Positions 24,868-37,911 are shown, counted from the whole stretch's first letter. The stretch is 63,875 nt of DNA, filler included, from Reclinomonas americana ATCC 50394 (GCA_048213135.1; 20 parts of 20 records of this genome joined end to end with filler, not necessarily neighbours in it); one strand, 5' to 3'. Numbers and translations are program-made. The notes: generated by a model not told the origin, from the sequence alone.

Positions 24868-25359
24868 GTAGAAGACAATGTAGAAGAAGGCGCTTCTTTA
24901 CCAATCTCTGAATCCCCAACAGCAATATCTGTTCATCGCTTGTACGAGCGACTGAACGAATCCCCTCTCTCAATATCTGCTTGCTGGCGCCATGTTCGCT
25001 CTGTTGCCGATCTCTTTGTTTGGTAGAATCCCCCTTTCCCTTCACCCCCANNNNNNNNNNNNNNNNNNNNNNNNNNNNNNNNNNNNNNNNNNNNTTAATT
25101 AATTAANNNNNNNNNNNNNNNNNNNNNNNNNNNNNNNNNNNNNNNNNNNNAGAAGGAAACATGGTGAGTAAATTGCACGTCTTTTTGGACAGACACACAG
25201 CAACTCCGGATTGAGCACGGACGGAAGCTTCCTTCCTCAAACAAGAGCACGAAAGGAAAAAAACACGAGGGAGCGGCATGACTGATGCACGCGACAAATA
25301 CAACAGCGGAGACAGAGAGAGAAAAAAGAGACACACATAAAAAACGATTTTGCACTCAC

Positions 25360-25395
25360 CCGCGGGTCAATGCTCTGGGGCCTCAGGTGGTGCAT
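25360..25395 (-). CDS. Possible orphan first exon (MHHLRPQSIDPR|GTGAGT) of a gene running into the gap
   Basis: ATG preceded by caatc, strong GTGAGT donor, pyrimidine-rich intron downstream. No recognisable homology. Confidence 0.3.
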
Positions 25396-27519
25396 GATTG
25401 AAGGTTGGTTAACTGGAGGAGTTGGGGGGTAACGGGGTAGGCTGGCGCGGCTGTCAAGCAGGCGACTGTTGCAGTAAACAAAAAATCGTGAGAATAATGC
25501 ACACACAGAGAAGAGAGAAGAGAGAGTGGAGAGGAAGGAGGAGGAGGAGCAAGGAGGGGGGCAGGGGAGAGCTAAGGGGGGAGCAAACTGAAAGAGAGTC
25601 GCGTGTATGAGGGGGAGTCGAGGGAGAGTGTGGTCAAGACGGAGGAACGCGGTATCTCACAGGAGAGAAGAGGGAAGAACCATGAGAGAGAGGGCAAGGA
25701 AAAAAGCAAGAGAGGGAAAAAAGAAAGAGAAAAGAGGGAAGAGACCGCCTCACCTTGGCTCTCGAGACGAGGAGAAAAAGAAGATGAATAGCGTCTAAAA
25801 GTGTGACAAGCTTTCCCAATCGGGATGTCCGAAAGCAGCGCGTGTCTCACCACACTTTTTTTGCTTGCGTCACACACTCACTCGCATCCACGCGCAACGA
25901 GACGCAGGCACGATGCACTGCGTGAGTGTGCACATGCAGACGAGACGCAAAGCGCGCGCGACAAAGTGCGTGGCGAGAAAATATGAACACATGCCAGATT
26001 CGGAGATTCGCGAGACAGGGGGGAAGAAGCTCCCTCGTGTATGTGTGTCGTTTAGTCGCGAGACGCACAAAGTGGGGGAGAGTCGTGGAAAGACAGTACG
26101 CAAATTGGGCGCACAATCACGGACGCGGTGGAAGGGAGATCGGGCAAGCGCGCGCGAATCTCGTTTGTCATGTGTCTTGCGCACATTTGAGAGGCGATTG
26201 GCGGCCCGTCTCCGCCACACAAACACGGACGGACGTGTGTGTCAGTGTGTGAGTGTGATTCATCAGTGTATGTGCGGATTGTAAACTCTTGTGCTGTTTC
26301 AGCGGCGCTGCATCAGTTTGATTTGCTCGTGAAGTGTCTCTGTTGTTTGTGCAAGAGCACGAGGGGGTGAAGTGCAGGATAGGAGGTGGCGCATGCATAT
26401 GGATATTGCAGTTGGTGGTCGCGATTGTGAAAAACAGGAGGCGCAAGCATGACGCTGCGCCTGTTTTTCGCGCAGGTGGTCATGCGGCCACTCATGATGA
26501 CGCAACGATGGCAGGAAGGGAGATACAGCATGCGCAAAAGTCCCCTTGGCTGCAGTTGTAGCAGCCCATTCAAGAAGGGAGTGCAGGCGATCCAGCAAGG
26601 CAAGCGATCGCGATCGAGTGAGCGCAAGAAGGAAGAGGCGGGGGAGGAGGGATCCGGAGGGGAGGAAAGACATGCCGGGCAAGCAAGCACGTCAGCAAGC
26701 GATCGACAAGCCACGAAGAGCCACGTAGCAGGCTTTTCAGCAAGCGATCAAGAATCGCACTTGTCGACGGGCAAGAAAGAGAGAGACACGCAGTCATTCA
26801 CAGAGACATCCACAAATGCAAGAGGCTGCGGTCGACCGCTGTGCTGAGGGCGGTGATTCGGCAGACAAGTGGGAGAGCCGGGCAAGCAAGCAAGCAAGTG
26901 ACTGGGCTCGAGTACGCGCCACGAAAGCCATGCAGCGGAATCCACAAGAACAGCGCGCGATCATCACAGAACGATATGGCTAAGATCCGATCGAGAGGGA
27001 GAGCCACGCAAAAAAACGCGATGCAGCAAGGCAGTTGTGGCACAGGCACCGACGACGATCGTACATGCCGTTTCGATGACGCAACGCCCTCCACGCGCTG
27101 TTGGGGTGTTTTGCGCACAGCAGCAGCGATCGCGAGGCAACCACGAGCCCAACTCACAACGCAATACAGAAACTCTTGCAGTCAGTCTCGCAGCTCAAAA
27201 CAAAGCACGTCACAGAGAGACAGAAGAGTGCGAAGTGTGCAGGAAACGCATTGTGCAGAAACGTATGGCGATTGCAGATGAGCACGTACACAAAGTACTA
27301 CTCCTCGCTACTCTCACTCGCTGTGCTGCGTTTGCGTTCGTCTCTCATTCACCAAACAATGCAGAGTGGGACACGCAACGTCCTGCAACAATCACAAACT
27401 NNNNNNNNNNNNNNNNNNNNNNNNNNNNNNNNNNNNNNNNNNNNTTAATTAATTAANNNNNNNNNNNNNNNNNNNNNNNNNNNNNNNNNNNNNNNNNNNN
27501 GAGAGAGAGAGAGAGAGAG

Positions 27520-28154
27520 AGAGAAATACAAGACTCGTTTGTTACACGACGGAGTGGTCCGCCCAAGAAGAGAGAGACACGCATGCAGGAAGAGTGCAAG
27601 CGCTCTTGTGCATATAGGAGAGAGAAACCTTCTTTCTCGAGATCCGACGAAAGACAGGAGGAGAGAGAGACAGGCAGACTGAGAAAATGAGCACAGGAAA
27701 GACGGCAGAGTAACACTTGTCTCGTTTAGGGCATGACGGTGATCTGCCCAAGAAAGAAAGGAAGATAGAGTGAGAGAGAGAAGCAGGAACACGGAAAGCA
27801 CTCTTGTGGATGTGAGTACCAGAGAGAGAAAAACACCTTCTGTCTCTTCTGCAACACGGAGACAGATATCGAGAGGGAACACTTGTCTGTTGCAAGACGG
27901 AGATCCGCCGAAGTAAGAAGGAAGAAAGAGAGAGTGAGAGAGAGACAGGCAGACGGTGAGAAAATGCACTCTTGTGCTGATGTGGGAGAGAGAAAACACC
28001 TACTGTGTCGTTTGTTGCGCGACGGAGATCCAAAGAATGACAGGCGGAGAGTACGAGAGCGAGACAGACAGGCAAGCATGCAGAGAAGCAAGTTTGTGGA
28101 GAAACACTTGTCTCGTTTGTTGCAAGACGGAGATCCGCTCAAGAAAGAAAGGAG

Positions 28155-28199
<45 letters not shown>

Positions 28200-28630
28200 G
28201 CAGGCAGACACGACTGCAGGAAAGAGACGGACAGAGAATCACATGTCTCGTTTGTTGTACTCGACGGAGATCTGCGCAAGAAGAAAGGAAAAAGAGAGAC
28301 AGACAAACAAGTAGAAAGAAGAAGCAGGCTTGTGTATACAAATGCAGGAGAGAGAGAGAGAGACCTGTCTCGTTTGTTGCAGGACGGAGATCCGCCCAAG
28401 AAAAGGAAGAGAGGAAGACAGAAAGAGAGACAGGCAGCCGGACACGATTGCAGGAATGACACGGACATAGGATCACGTGTCTTGTTTATGACACGACAGA
28501 GATCCGCGCAAGAAGAAAGGAAAAAAGAGAGACAGACAAGCAGAAAGAAGAAGCAGGAATGCAGGAGCGAGAGAGAGAGACACCTGTCTCGTTGTTTCAA
28601 GACGGAGATCCACTCAAGAAAGAAAGGAGG
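27520..28630. repeat. Degenerate minisatellite (~120-bp units; TGTCTCGTTTGTTGCAAGACGGAGATCCGC..AAGAA), probably intronic
   Basis: About 9 copies of the GACGGAGATC(C/T)GC-like core filling a whole contig. Confidence 0.9.
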
Positions 28631-28737
28631 AGTAAAANNNNNNNNNNNNNNNNNNNNNNNNNNNNNNNNNNNNNNNNNNNNTTAATTAATTAANNNNNNN
28701 NNNNNNNNNNNNNNNNNNNNNNNNNNNNNNNNNNNNN

Positions 28738-29221
28738 AAAGGATGCTTGCAAGATCGTCACAGAGAGCATTGTTCATCGCCCGCTGAAGCTCGGCCCTGT
28801 GCATGTGTGAAGAGAGAGAGCGAGAGAAAGTGGTCAGTGAGTGAATGAAAAAAACCAGTGAAATGAGACACACAGACATGACAATGAAGAATATGGCAAG
28901 TGGTAATGCACAAGAGAAGACAGTGTGTGTGTGCAAGTGTGTGTGTGTAGTGTGTGCGTGTGTGTGTGCACTAGTGGGGGTCGAAATGGCGGCCACTTCT
29001 CGCACTCTCTCTTTCTGTTTGTTTGCTGTGTGTACGCAACAGAGGCGCTGGAGCGGGCGGAAGAAGGAGGGTGGTGAGGAGGGGGAGGTGGAGGGCGAGT
29101 AGGCGTGGTGTTGTATGGGTGAGTCGGCGCCACCAATGACGGTCATGGGTTGTGTGGCGGGGAGGCGACGGGAGGTGGTTTGCAGGTCGAGGACTTCGGT
29201 GGGGGAGGGATAATCATCCAT
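28738..29221 (-). CDS. Hypothetical protein, 5' exons (MDDYPSPTEVLDLQ..; ..AELQRAMNNALCDDLASIL)
   Basis: ATG at 29221, Ser/Pro-rich exon, candidate donor near 29035-29040, acceptor near 28797. Phase not resolved. Confidence 0.3.
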
Positions 29222-29941
29222 GGTGTGGGGAGGGGTAGTCTGTGGGAGGGAGAAGGGCACGCTGAGGGAAACGGGGGGGGGGGGGGGGGGCACGCGGCGA
29301 GAACAAGGCTCGTCAGAGAAAAGGACACCCCGAAGCAAACAATGAGCGGGGTACAGTACCCCGACACCGACATCACTCACCCACCTGCGCACAACGTGAA
29401 CGACAGAAAAGTTAATTATATAAGGTGTGTGACACAAAGGTAGGTGGGTCAACTGATGTAAGCCGACCGCGCAAAATCCCGTCGATCGGCAATCCAAACT
29501 GGACTTCTCAGACACATGGTGGTCGCGGCGGCGGAGGTGGTGCGGGCCCAGTGAAGGTGCACGCGTGGATTGTATTGGCTCATTCTGTAGCCAATGGAAC
29601 GAGCTACAAAGTGATGCTTGCGGATCTGCTCGGCGACCTTCCGTCGAGGAGAGCGGCGCGTCCAAAGTCAAAAGTGCTGATCATGATTTTTCGCCAGAAA
29701 TCGACCTTGTTGTCGTCGTGCCGACACCTTCCTCCGAGGCGCTGAGGTCACACCGAGGGTCATCTGAAAGGCCTCTCGCTGGGCTACTGTGTAAATTCAG
29801 AAAAATCAACGCCACTATTTCCTGTCGACCAGGAGGACTGAAACACATGCCGAGATCCTCATTTCGCGCGCGCGAAATGCGTTGCCTCGGAAATAACAAC
29901 TGTGTCTTTCTTTTGTGTCGCGAGAGGGGGCCAACAGGGTC

Positions 29942-30982
29942 ATGTGGGGGGCGCCGACCATGGCCAGCGGCCATGATGTCGAGATGCATGACCTCGCGTC
30001 GCGATCGTGCCTCGTGTCTCCGCCAACGCCCACTCGGCATTGGCGCCGGCAGTCTCCTGTCACCTCCACCGGGGCACAAGCCGCCGCGGCTGCAGCGCAC
30101 GTTGCACGAGCAAGTATGCATGCATCAAACGGCAGTGGCAGCGGTGTCGCGCAGCTGCAGGTGAGAACGTGCCCGCCTCGACACCGAGTTGTCTCTCTCA
30201 CTGTTCCTTGACCACAGTTTGGCGCACACCCCTCTGCCTCAGCCGCACGCGTTCTGGCGTCGTCGTCAGACCCCCAGTTCACCATGCCGATGCCCAGTGA
30301 TGCCGTGTTGTGGTCCCCGATGTTGCCGACGCCTCCTCAATCATTTCCGGTCAGTTTCCCGCTCGGAAGTCCGCCACAGCTGCCCCCTTCGCTCTAAGGT
30401 CACCAGTGGACCCCTCCCGCGGTTGGCATGTCATCCGTGGTGCAGACGTACGGTGACGCTGCACCGAGCACCGTCACCATCAACTTCAGTGGCACGACGG
30501 AAGGACAAGCCACGTACGACGTCGCCTCCCTCTCTCGCTTGCCTCATGGTTTGGGCGCGGATGCCAGTGGCAGCTTGTCAGCAGCAGCCCGGCAATACGC
30601 TGCGTGCGGGCTGGTGTGGATTCAATGGATAGCCGCCGCTGCAGAGCAGCGCCCCCGCGTCACGGTGCGCTTACTCCTGGCATGCTGATGGCAAGGCGGT
30701 GCAAGAGCGGAGTCTGAGAACTCTTGAATGTGGCAAATGTACGTGTGCACGTGTGTGTTATCATGAGAGAGTGTGTGTAGATGTGGGTACAAAGAGTGTG
30801 TGTGTGGGGGTGAGAGAGGGAGACACGGAGAAGAAGAGAGGGAATATAAATGATTCACACGGACGCGCTCACAAGAACACACNNNNNNNNNNNNNNNNNN
30901 NNNNNNNNNNNNNNNNNNNNNNNNNNTTAATTAATTAANNNNNNNNNNNNNNNNNNNNNNNNNNNNNNNNNNNNNNNNNNNN

Positions 30983-31028
<46 letters not shown>

Positions 31029-32165
31029 GGAGAAAGAGAGAGAGAGAAGAGCATGAGCGAGGGTGTGTGAGAGTGTGAGAGAGAGCCAAGCTCGATACTT
31101 GCAAGACGATCACTTAGGTGTACTTGAACGTGTAGGTGCGCGTGGCAGCTGGGCGCCGTATCTGAGTGACTCTGCGGCGGCTGCTGTGTGACGTGAACAA
31201 AGGCCGAGCTTCGTCAGTGCGTCAATCAATGCATGTTATGTTCCAGGCGTTGACCGTGTGAAATGCTGTGCCAGGAGCCGGAGCTCAGGTGTGCTTGATG
31301 TCGCCGTCGCCGTCAACGAGTCAGCCATCAAGGTACGGCAAGATCGCTGACTTGGTTATTGACATCATCCTAACAAGTGACACATGAGCAGTCAGTCAGT
31401 GCGAACACGACCCGCAGAGCAACACAGAGGCCAGCCCCTGTTAGCAGCTTTGCAGTAAGTGCCGTGCGCCATGGGGCTGTGGTGTATACGAGACTACTGT
31501 CGTCACCTGACATCGGCCAATGATGAATTGTTACAGTTACCAGGATGGTCCATCATCGTGCATGCTTCAGTTGTGGCCTTCAAGGCCATATGGTGGAGTC
31601 CGCTCGCACAATGCTGTAGCCCTTCGTAGCGATGGTGCAGCTTTGTTATGCAATGCTACGCATTCGTCGTGCAATGGGTTCACCTTCGTCGTGCAATGAT
31701 GTGCATTCCTCGTGCAATGGTGCATGTGCATCGCCCAATGCAGGTGTTTTCAAAATCGCAAAACGCTGCATTGCTGTTTTCCCCATCTTGCCCTCAAGTG
31801 TGTCCTCGCAGCTACTAGGGGAGTGCAAATGCGCGCCAGCAGCTGCGGATCGCGTCGCGCGGTACAGTGTCGTCGGCAGCGACATACCGGTGCCGCAGTC
31901 CACGGTGGGACTCAACGCACAACAGCAGGTTGCCTTGGACATGGCCGTGCGACACGCTCATGCTGCTGCGGTTGAGCACTACCAAGGTGGCCAACGTCGG
32001 CTGCAGTTCAGTGTGCTTGCCGTCGGAATCACCGTCGCCACCACCACCACCACCACCACCACAGCAGCAGCAACAGTCGCTCCGGCAAATCCGTCGTCAT
32101 TGGGCAAATTGTGTCGGCCAATCCGCTCGCTCAACCGGCGACGGTCTCGGGAACTTGTTCCTTGA
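29942..32165 (+). CDS. Hypothetical multi-exon protein spanning one gap
   Basis: Phased exons MASGHDVEM..AQLQ|FGAHPSAS..QSFP|TYGDAAPSTVTINF..PRVT| and last exon GVFKIAKRCIAVFP..RRLQFSVLAVG..RELVP, stop TGA. Exons in 31120-31640 are uncertain. Confidence 0.4.
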
Positions 32166-32776
32166 CGCGCACTTCACTTCGAGCGCATCGGATGCTGTGC
32201 CGAGTCGGTGCCGCACTGCGTTCTGCTGTGAACGCGGTAGGCGCACTGCCAGTCGTGAGCATGCACGGTTTGTCTCACGTGTGTGCTTTAGTGTGTATGT
32301 GTGCTTTTGTACTAGTGTGTAGGTGTGCGCTTGTGCGTGTGTGTGCATGCATGTGTGTGTGTGCATGTGTGTGTCTGTGCATGTGTGTGTGTGTGAGTTT
32401 GTGTGTGCATGTGAGTCGCACTCAGGGTTGCCCCGTTTTTTCTCGTTTAACACACACGCATCAGGTTTTGTGACGCGTGTGCGTTCCAACATCACCCCGT
32501 GCCGCGTGGCGCACTTGCCGGGTGAGGTCAAGCCAACCCGCATACTCTAGTCTGTTATCCGGTAGTTGACGTCGCTTGTGTAAATGCAGTGCATGCGACG
32601 AATGTTGTCGGCTGTGATGCCTCGAGCTCTCGAGGTGCGTGCGTGCGTGCGTGCGTCTGTGTTCATTCACGAGAGGCGTGGTTTGAAGGGCGATCAGTCG
32701 AACTTTATATTTTTTCCACTCTGATGCTCACTCTCTTTTTTCATACAAACACTGTGAGAGTGGGGTAAAGGAGGAG

Positions 32777-34318
32777 ATGCAGCAAGGGGAACCATCTCTT
32801 TGCGCACTCTGTCGTCAGATAGGTTTGGCCACGATCGCAGCGCAGAAGTGGAGACTGGCTGAGTTTGCTACTATCCTTCAGTGTCGCTGGCTTGCCTTCG
32901 TTGTGGGTGTCGCGCTCACCGACGTCTCGACTCTGCTCACGGAGTTCATAGCACTCACTTCTCTTCACTGTCTCTTGTGCACTCTCACCCTTTTGCCTTT
33001 TCTTCTCTTTNNNNNNNNNNNNNNNNNNNNNNNNNNNNNNNNNNNNNNNNNNNNTTAATTAATTAANNNNNNNNNNNNNNNNNNNNNNNNNNNNNNNNNN
33101 NNNNNNNNNNTGTCGTGCGTATTGCACGTCGTGTGCGATATTCCGCTGTTTCACTGTTGTTGCCTACGCAGCAACTGCGCACATCTTCGCTGTACTTAAC
33201 TGGCACGGGTCACTCCGATACGCATCCTGCAAGCGATTCACTCATGCTGATGAAGTTTTCGAAGCCGCAGGAGATTGAATGCGCGCTGTCGACAGAAGAA
33301 GGTCTGTGTTGGAAAGGTGGTGGTGCCCTTGATGCAGCATGTGCGTAGCATGCTCTTACTGCGCTTTTGCAATGCAGACCTGCAGAATACCGGTGCGCGT
33401 CGTGAGTGCGTGAGGGTATTCCCTCTTCCTGTAACTTATGCAGTCCCATTTGCAGAGTCGCGCACTTTTACGCACGTTCTGGTGGCAGTGCAGTCAAAGG
33501 GTGGCCAGAAGAGCGCTATGGATACCATCATGAAGGCGGAATGGGTATGTTGTGCGCTGGCGTTGATTTACAATTGATTCAGAGCACCAATCCTGTCTAT
33601 GTAGAGTGACATGGCTGACGCTCTGATCAAGATCGGCTGCTATCCAGTTCTTTTGATGATGTCTCGCTTCCGGATTCGGACCGACGATGTACCGGAGTCT
33701 CCGGCGGTTTTCATTGTCGATGCCGTCTGCACGAAGAATTTCTTCGGACCGCTATTCTCGCCTCTCGTGGATCTGCTTGGTTCGTCGTTGTCGTTTAGAG
33801 TGTGTACACTGAGGGGATGAGAGCGAGCGAGAGAGAAGGAGAGATGGAGTGAGGAAGAGGAAGAAAGAAAGAGAGAGAAGGAAAATTAGAAAAGGAGTGA
33901 GGAAGGGGAGGGAGTGAGAGAGGAAAACCCACGTTGCTGTGTGTCTGCAGAGTCTGTACCGGTCAACACTGCTGCGATGCTGTCATCGTCGTCGTCAAAA
34001 GCGGAGCCATTGCGACTTAATGTTGTGGGAAGGACTCTCAAGGAGTCCATCCAGCATCTATTCGGTGTCGACAGCAGTATCGCCAACACGCTGGTGAAAG
34101 CCACTATCGAGAAGACGCCGTTTCCAACGGGCTACACCAGTGTTACTGATTTGCTGGAGCAAGTGCCGGAGCTGTCAGATGCCGTGGACGAGTTGGTGCG
34201 ACGTCAAGGAAACAGCACGCACTCCGCGTTGTTGGCTGCTGTCAACGTCGACATGACTCGCGTGGATAGAGAGCAACTAGTGGCCGAACTCGACCGCTGC
34301 TGGCGGTTTGATTTGTGA
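32777..34318 (+). CDS. Putative PD-(D/E)xK (REase-fold) nuclease with C-terminal helix-hairpin-helix, resembling Crinkler/RHS (CR) effector C-termini; middle lost in a gap
   Basis: LQNTGARRECVRVF..HVLVAVQSK..CYPVLLMMS..AVFIVDAVCTKNFFGPLF, then LRLNVVGRTLKESIQHLFGVDSSIANTLV..GYTSVTDLLEQVPEL (ComEA/HHH_3-like pattern); stop TGA 34316-34318. Motif recognition only. Confidence 0.5.
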
Positions 34319-34518
34319 TTTTGAGTGAAATGAGGCGAAGAGTGCTTTCTTGACTGGCGTTGTCTCCTGAAAGGAAGGTGACGGTGGAGACTACGAAGTG
34401 TGTATGTATGCGTGTATCATAGTTGTCGTCGGCAAGGAACTTGTGGATCGTTCGTCCTGATACGGTAAAAATAAAAACACTTCATTCATCACATTCCGAT
34501 GCGACAAATGTCCACAAG

Positions 34519-34652
34519 TCCCTTGCCGACAATGACCTTGGCACACCAAAAACAATACAAGCAATTACTCTTCTCCAACAGTCATCTTCCCTTTCAGGAG
34601 GCAAAGCCAATCAAACGCGTGTTGGCCGTATCATGGACTTCGTGGCGCACAT
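34519..34652. other. Dispersed conserved non-coding element, copy A
   Basis: Colinear shared blocks with 47290-47435: TCCCTTGCCG, GCCGACAATGACC, ACAAGCAA, ACAGTCATC, AGGCAAAGCCAA.CAAACGCG, ACTTC.TGGCGCA.AT. Confidence 0.75.
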
Positions 34653-35084
34653 GGTGTCAGCGACCTACGCTGAATCCGTTGAGCTGGTGCTGCAGTTGCG
34701 ACACAATGGTTCTAGTTGCCCGGAGGCTGCGGCGCGGCTGCGGGTGGGAGGTTGTTTGCATGGTTCTGATCTTGAGGCGGCTACTGTTGTCCGTGTCTAC
34801 CAGCAGGCTTGCCACCTCCTGCACAGCGGAACGCGTACATCGCGGTAGTCCGCACGCAGGATCTCCGCACAGACCAGACATACCATGGTCGCGTGGATTC
34901 GGAGCGCGATGGCCTCCGAGGAGCTCTCTGCCGCAATCCTGAAAAGTCTCGTTCTGCCTGCCGTCCGACGTTGCCGCTTATGCAGTGACGGTGCTCATGC
35001 GTCATTGCATAGTGATCTCTCGCAAACGGGTGAAAACAATATGGATTATTGGAATGGACTAGATCTCACACTGTACACTCCCTC

Positions 35085-35742
35085 TCACAGCTCCTCCGCC
35101 GCCGAACTTCTCGACGAACCCCCCGCCGCACCACTCCCACCCCCACCCTCACCACTCCCACCACCACTCCCACCACCATCCGGCGGAATCCGCGTCACCA
35201 AAAACAAAATCCCCTCCTTGGCATCCATCTGCTGCTGCACAAACTCCAGCGCCTATCACCCCCCACACACACCCCCACCATGAGCACCCCATCCTCACCA
35301 CCGCACACTCCCTTCGTTTCTCCCCACACGCACCTCCAGCTCCGACGAAAACGGCATCGGCTCATTCAAATGACTGTCCAAGTTCCACACCACGCCCTCC
35401 ACCTGCCGCACCGAGTACCAGTGCCTCGACTGTGCGCGACTCGATAATGTCAGCTCCGCTTTCACACAACCCACCGCTCTGCTGTCACGTTACCTTTATG
35501 GGAATGAGACCGAGCACCTTGCTCGACGCGTCCACGTTGAGAATGAGGCCCTCCAGTGGCGGATCGCCCGCATCAAACTGCAGCGACAAGATATCCACTG
35601 TGCAGAGGCATTAACATCACAGCAGAAGGAGGAAGAGAGCGTGGCGACAAGAGCGCAACAGTTGGCCGGACACCATCGCAGCTGCAAGCCAACTCTCCGC
35701 AACGCCACCTCAATCACGTTGACATCGTAGTTGCCGACGCCC
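35085..35742 (-). CDS. Josephin-domain deubiquitinase (JOSD1/2-like), 5' part in a gap; not evident in the ORF track
   Basis: Exons GVGNYDVNVIEVALRRVGLQLRW..|..LEGLILNV..LIPIK|SRHWYSVRQVEGVVWNLDSHLNEP..|ALEFVQQQ..ILFLV. Catalytic His (RHW) and Asp (NLDS) are present. Stop TGA 35085-35087. Confidence 0.9.
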
Positions 35743-35993
35743 CTGGAGGAGAGAGGAAGGGAGGGAGAGTGGGGGGAAAGGGGGAGGGAGGAGGGAGGGA
35801 TGGAAAGTGAGAAAAAGAAAGACCGGGAAGACGGAGATGTGGACAGAGACAGAGTGCGAGAGAGGGCAGAGGAAGTGGTGAGGGACAGGGACGNNNNNNN
35901 NNNNNNNNNNNNNNNNNNNNNNNNNNNNNNNNNNNNNTTAATTAATTAANNNNNNNNNNNNNNNNNNNNNNNNNNNNNNNNNNNNNNNNNNNN

Positions 35994-37911
35994 CTTCTCC
36001 TGGCCGTGGTGGTCATCTGGGTCTCCTCCAGCGAGATGATCCAAGTTACACACACTCTCTCAACTCACACTTGCGATCATCACTCACTCATTCTGTGTTG
36101 CCAGTACATTTTCGAGCAACAAGACTTCTCCAAACCCTTCTTCCTCACCTACTTCTCCACCGCCTCCTTCTCCATCTTCATCCTCGGCTTTGCGTTCTCT
36201 CGTCACTGGCAACGCATGTTGTGTCGTCGTCGCGAGGAGAACAGCGATGGTCAGTCAGTCAGTCACTCAAGGGAGGACCATCATCACTCGTAAGACTGAT
36301 GCACTGCCTGCAGATGCACTGCCACTGATGCAGCGATCGGCATCGCCTGAGCCGCATCCGTCCGTGCTGGTCACTGGTGGAGCGATGCATGAGTCGTCGG
36401 CCGATCGAGTGCCCGTGGAGATCGTGCAGCAGCAGCTGCCGCAGCAGTCGTCATTGAAGCCGAGTGTGACTCTGTGGATGGTGCTGCGCATGGCGTTGAT
36501 CATGTGCCCGTTGTGGTTTGTCGCCAACTATGCCTTCAATGCCGGTCTCAACTTGACGAGGTTCGAGGGGAATCCGTGTCTGTGCTCGCTTCTGTGCGGC
36601 GTGTCAGTGTGGTTGCTTCATTCTTCTCTTCCTGTCGTTAGTTTGCTTCGGTTGCCTTGCTCCTTTCTTTTAATCGAGTTGTTTGGTGTCTGTGTTCGGC
36701 TTGCTTTATGCTTCTCTGCACCTCGGCGTGGCAACCTTCCTTCCTTTCGTTGTCTTGAGTGATCCTTGTCAGCTCTCGCTCCCGTCATCCCCGCGTGCCA
36801 TTCTGTGACTCTCAATGGCTTTCTTCAGCTCTCTTTTCGTGTAGAAGCCCATCTCGCTTTCGTTATCTTCAGTCCTTGAGCCTGCCTGGCCTGTCGCTTC
36901 TCTGTTCGTCGCATTGAGCTTCCTCTTGCCATTCTGTGACTCTCCATGGCGATCTTCATTCCCTTCATCGTGTAGAAGCCCATCTCGCTTCCGTTAGCCT
37001 AAGTCCTTGACCTGCCTGGCACTCTTCGCGCAGCCTGTCGCTTCTCTGTTCGTCGCATCGAGCTGCTTCTTGTCGTTCCATGATTCTGTTCATTCCCCTC
37101 ATCGTGTAGAAGCCCATCTCGCTTCCCTTATCCTCAGTCCTTGAGCCTGCCTGGCTCTCTTCGTGCAGCCTGCGCTTCTCTGATCGTCACATCCGATCGA
37201 TTCCGTTATCCTAAGTCCTCGAACCTGCCTGGCTGTCTTGATTCCTCTCTTCGTGCAGCCTGTCGCTTCTATGTTCGCCACTTTGAGCTGCTTCCTGTCG
37301 TTCCTTGATTCTGAATTGCGTTTCCCATCTTGGTGAATCACCATGCCCTTCGTGTGTGTGCAATCTTACTCGTTTCCTGCACTATGCATTCTCTCTTCGT
37401 TCCTCTCATCGCGTTGAAGCCGCTCTTGCTCTTGCCTCTCATCGCGTCGTAGTCGCTCTCGCTTCTATCCTCCAAGAGAGCCTGTATGTATGCACTGCTC
37501 ATTCCTTTCATCCCGTCGTATCACACTGCCTTTTGCACCTGCGTACTCTTGATGTGTTCCTCCCTACGTGAAAGACAGGACTTCCCGTCGTCTCATCCTT
37601 TCCCCCCCTTTCCCTCTTGTGCAGCGTCTCCTCCGACACCATCCTCAGCTCCAGCTCCGGCCTCTTCACCTTTGTCCTCGGCATCCTCTTTCTCAAAGAT
37701 CGCTTCCACTGGCTCAAAGCCATTGGCGTCGTCGTCAGCCTCGGCGGCGTCGTCGTCATCGCTCTCTCCGACAAGAACAGTGGCACCGACACGGTCCTCG
37801 GCGACGCCCTCAGCCTCCTCGGCGCCTTCATGTACGCGGTGTACACGTGCGTCTTGCGTCGCCTGATTCCCGCAGAGGACGACGGCAGCTTTCCGATGAG
37901 CATGTTGTTTG
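35994..37911 (+). CDS. SLC35F5: SLC35F5/THI74-like DMT-superfamily transporter, both ends in gaps
   Basis: LAVVVIWVSSSEMIQ|YIFEQQDFSKPFFLTYFST; CPLWFVANYAFNAGLNLTS|VSSDTILSSSSGLFT; LGDALSLLGAFMYAVY. Confidence 0.85.
36800..37300. repeat. Degenerate ~130-bp tandem repeat (TCGTGTAGAAGCCCATCTCGCTT..GTCCTTGAGCCTGCCTGGC) in an SLC35F5 intron
   Basis: Copies near 36837, 36968, 37102 and a partial copy near 37200. Confidence 0.85.

Noticed and set aside
26449..27400. Possible plus-strand exons including ECEVCRKRI..EHVH (zinc-finger-like)
   Set aside because: No start, consistent phase or family could be established; too weak to annotate.
31136..31215. VRVAAGRRI*VTLRRLLCD with in-frame TGA (readthrough, selenocysteine or pseudogene?)
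   Set aside because: Exon boundaries here are unresolved and the protein has no recognisable homologue, so the frame cannot be established. No SECIS was seen.
34530..34560. SECIS-like 5' half (ATGA + 12-13 nt + AAA) in both copies of the dispersed element
   Set aside because: No complementary 3' arm with the GA quartet at the right distance, and no Sec-TGA gene upstream on that strand.
34632..35070. Possible small plus-strand gene between the CR-like gene and Josephin
   Set aside because: Candidate splice sites exist, but I found no consistent phased model or homology.
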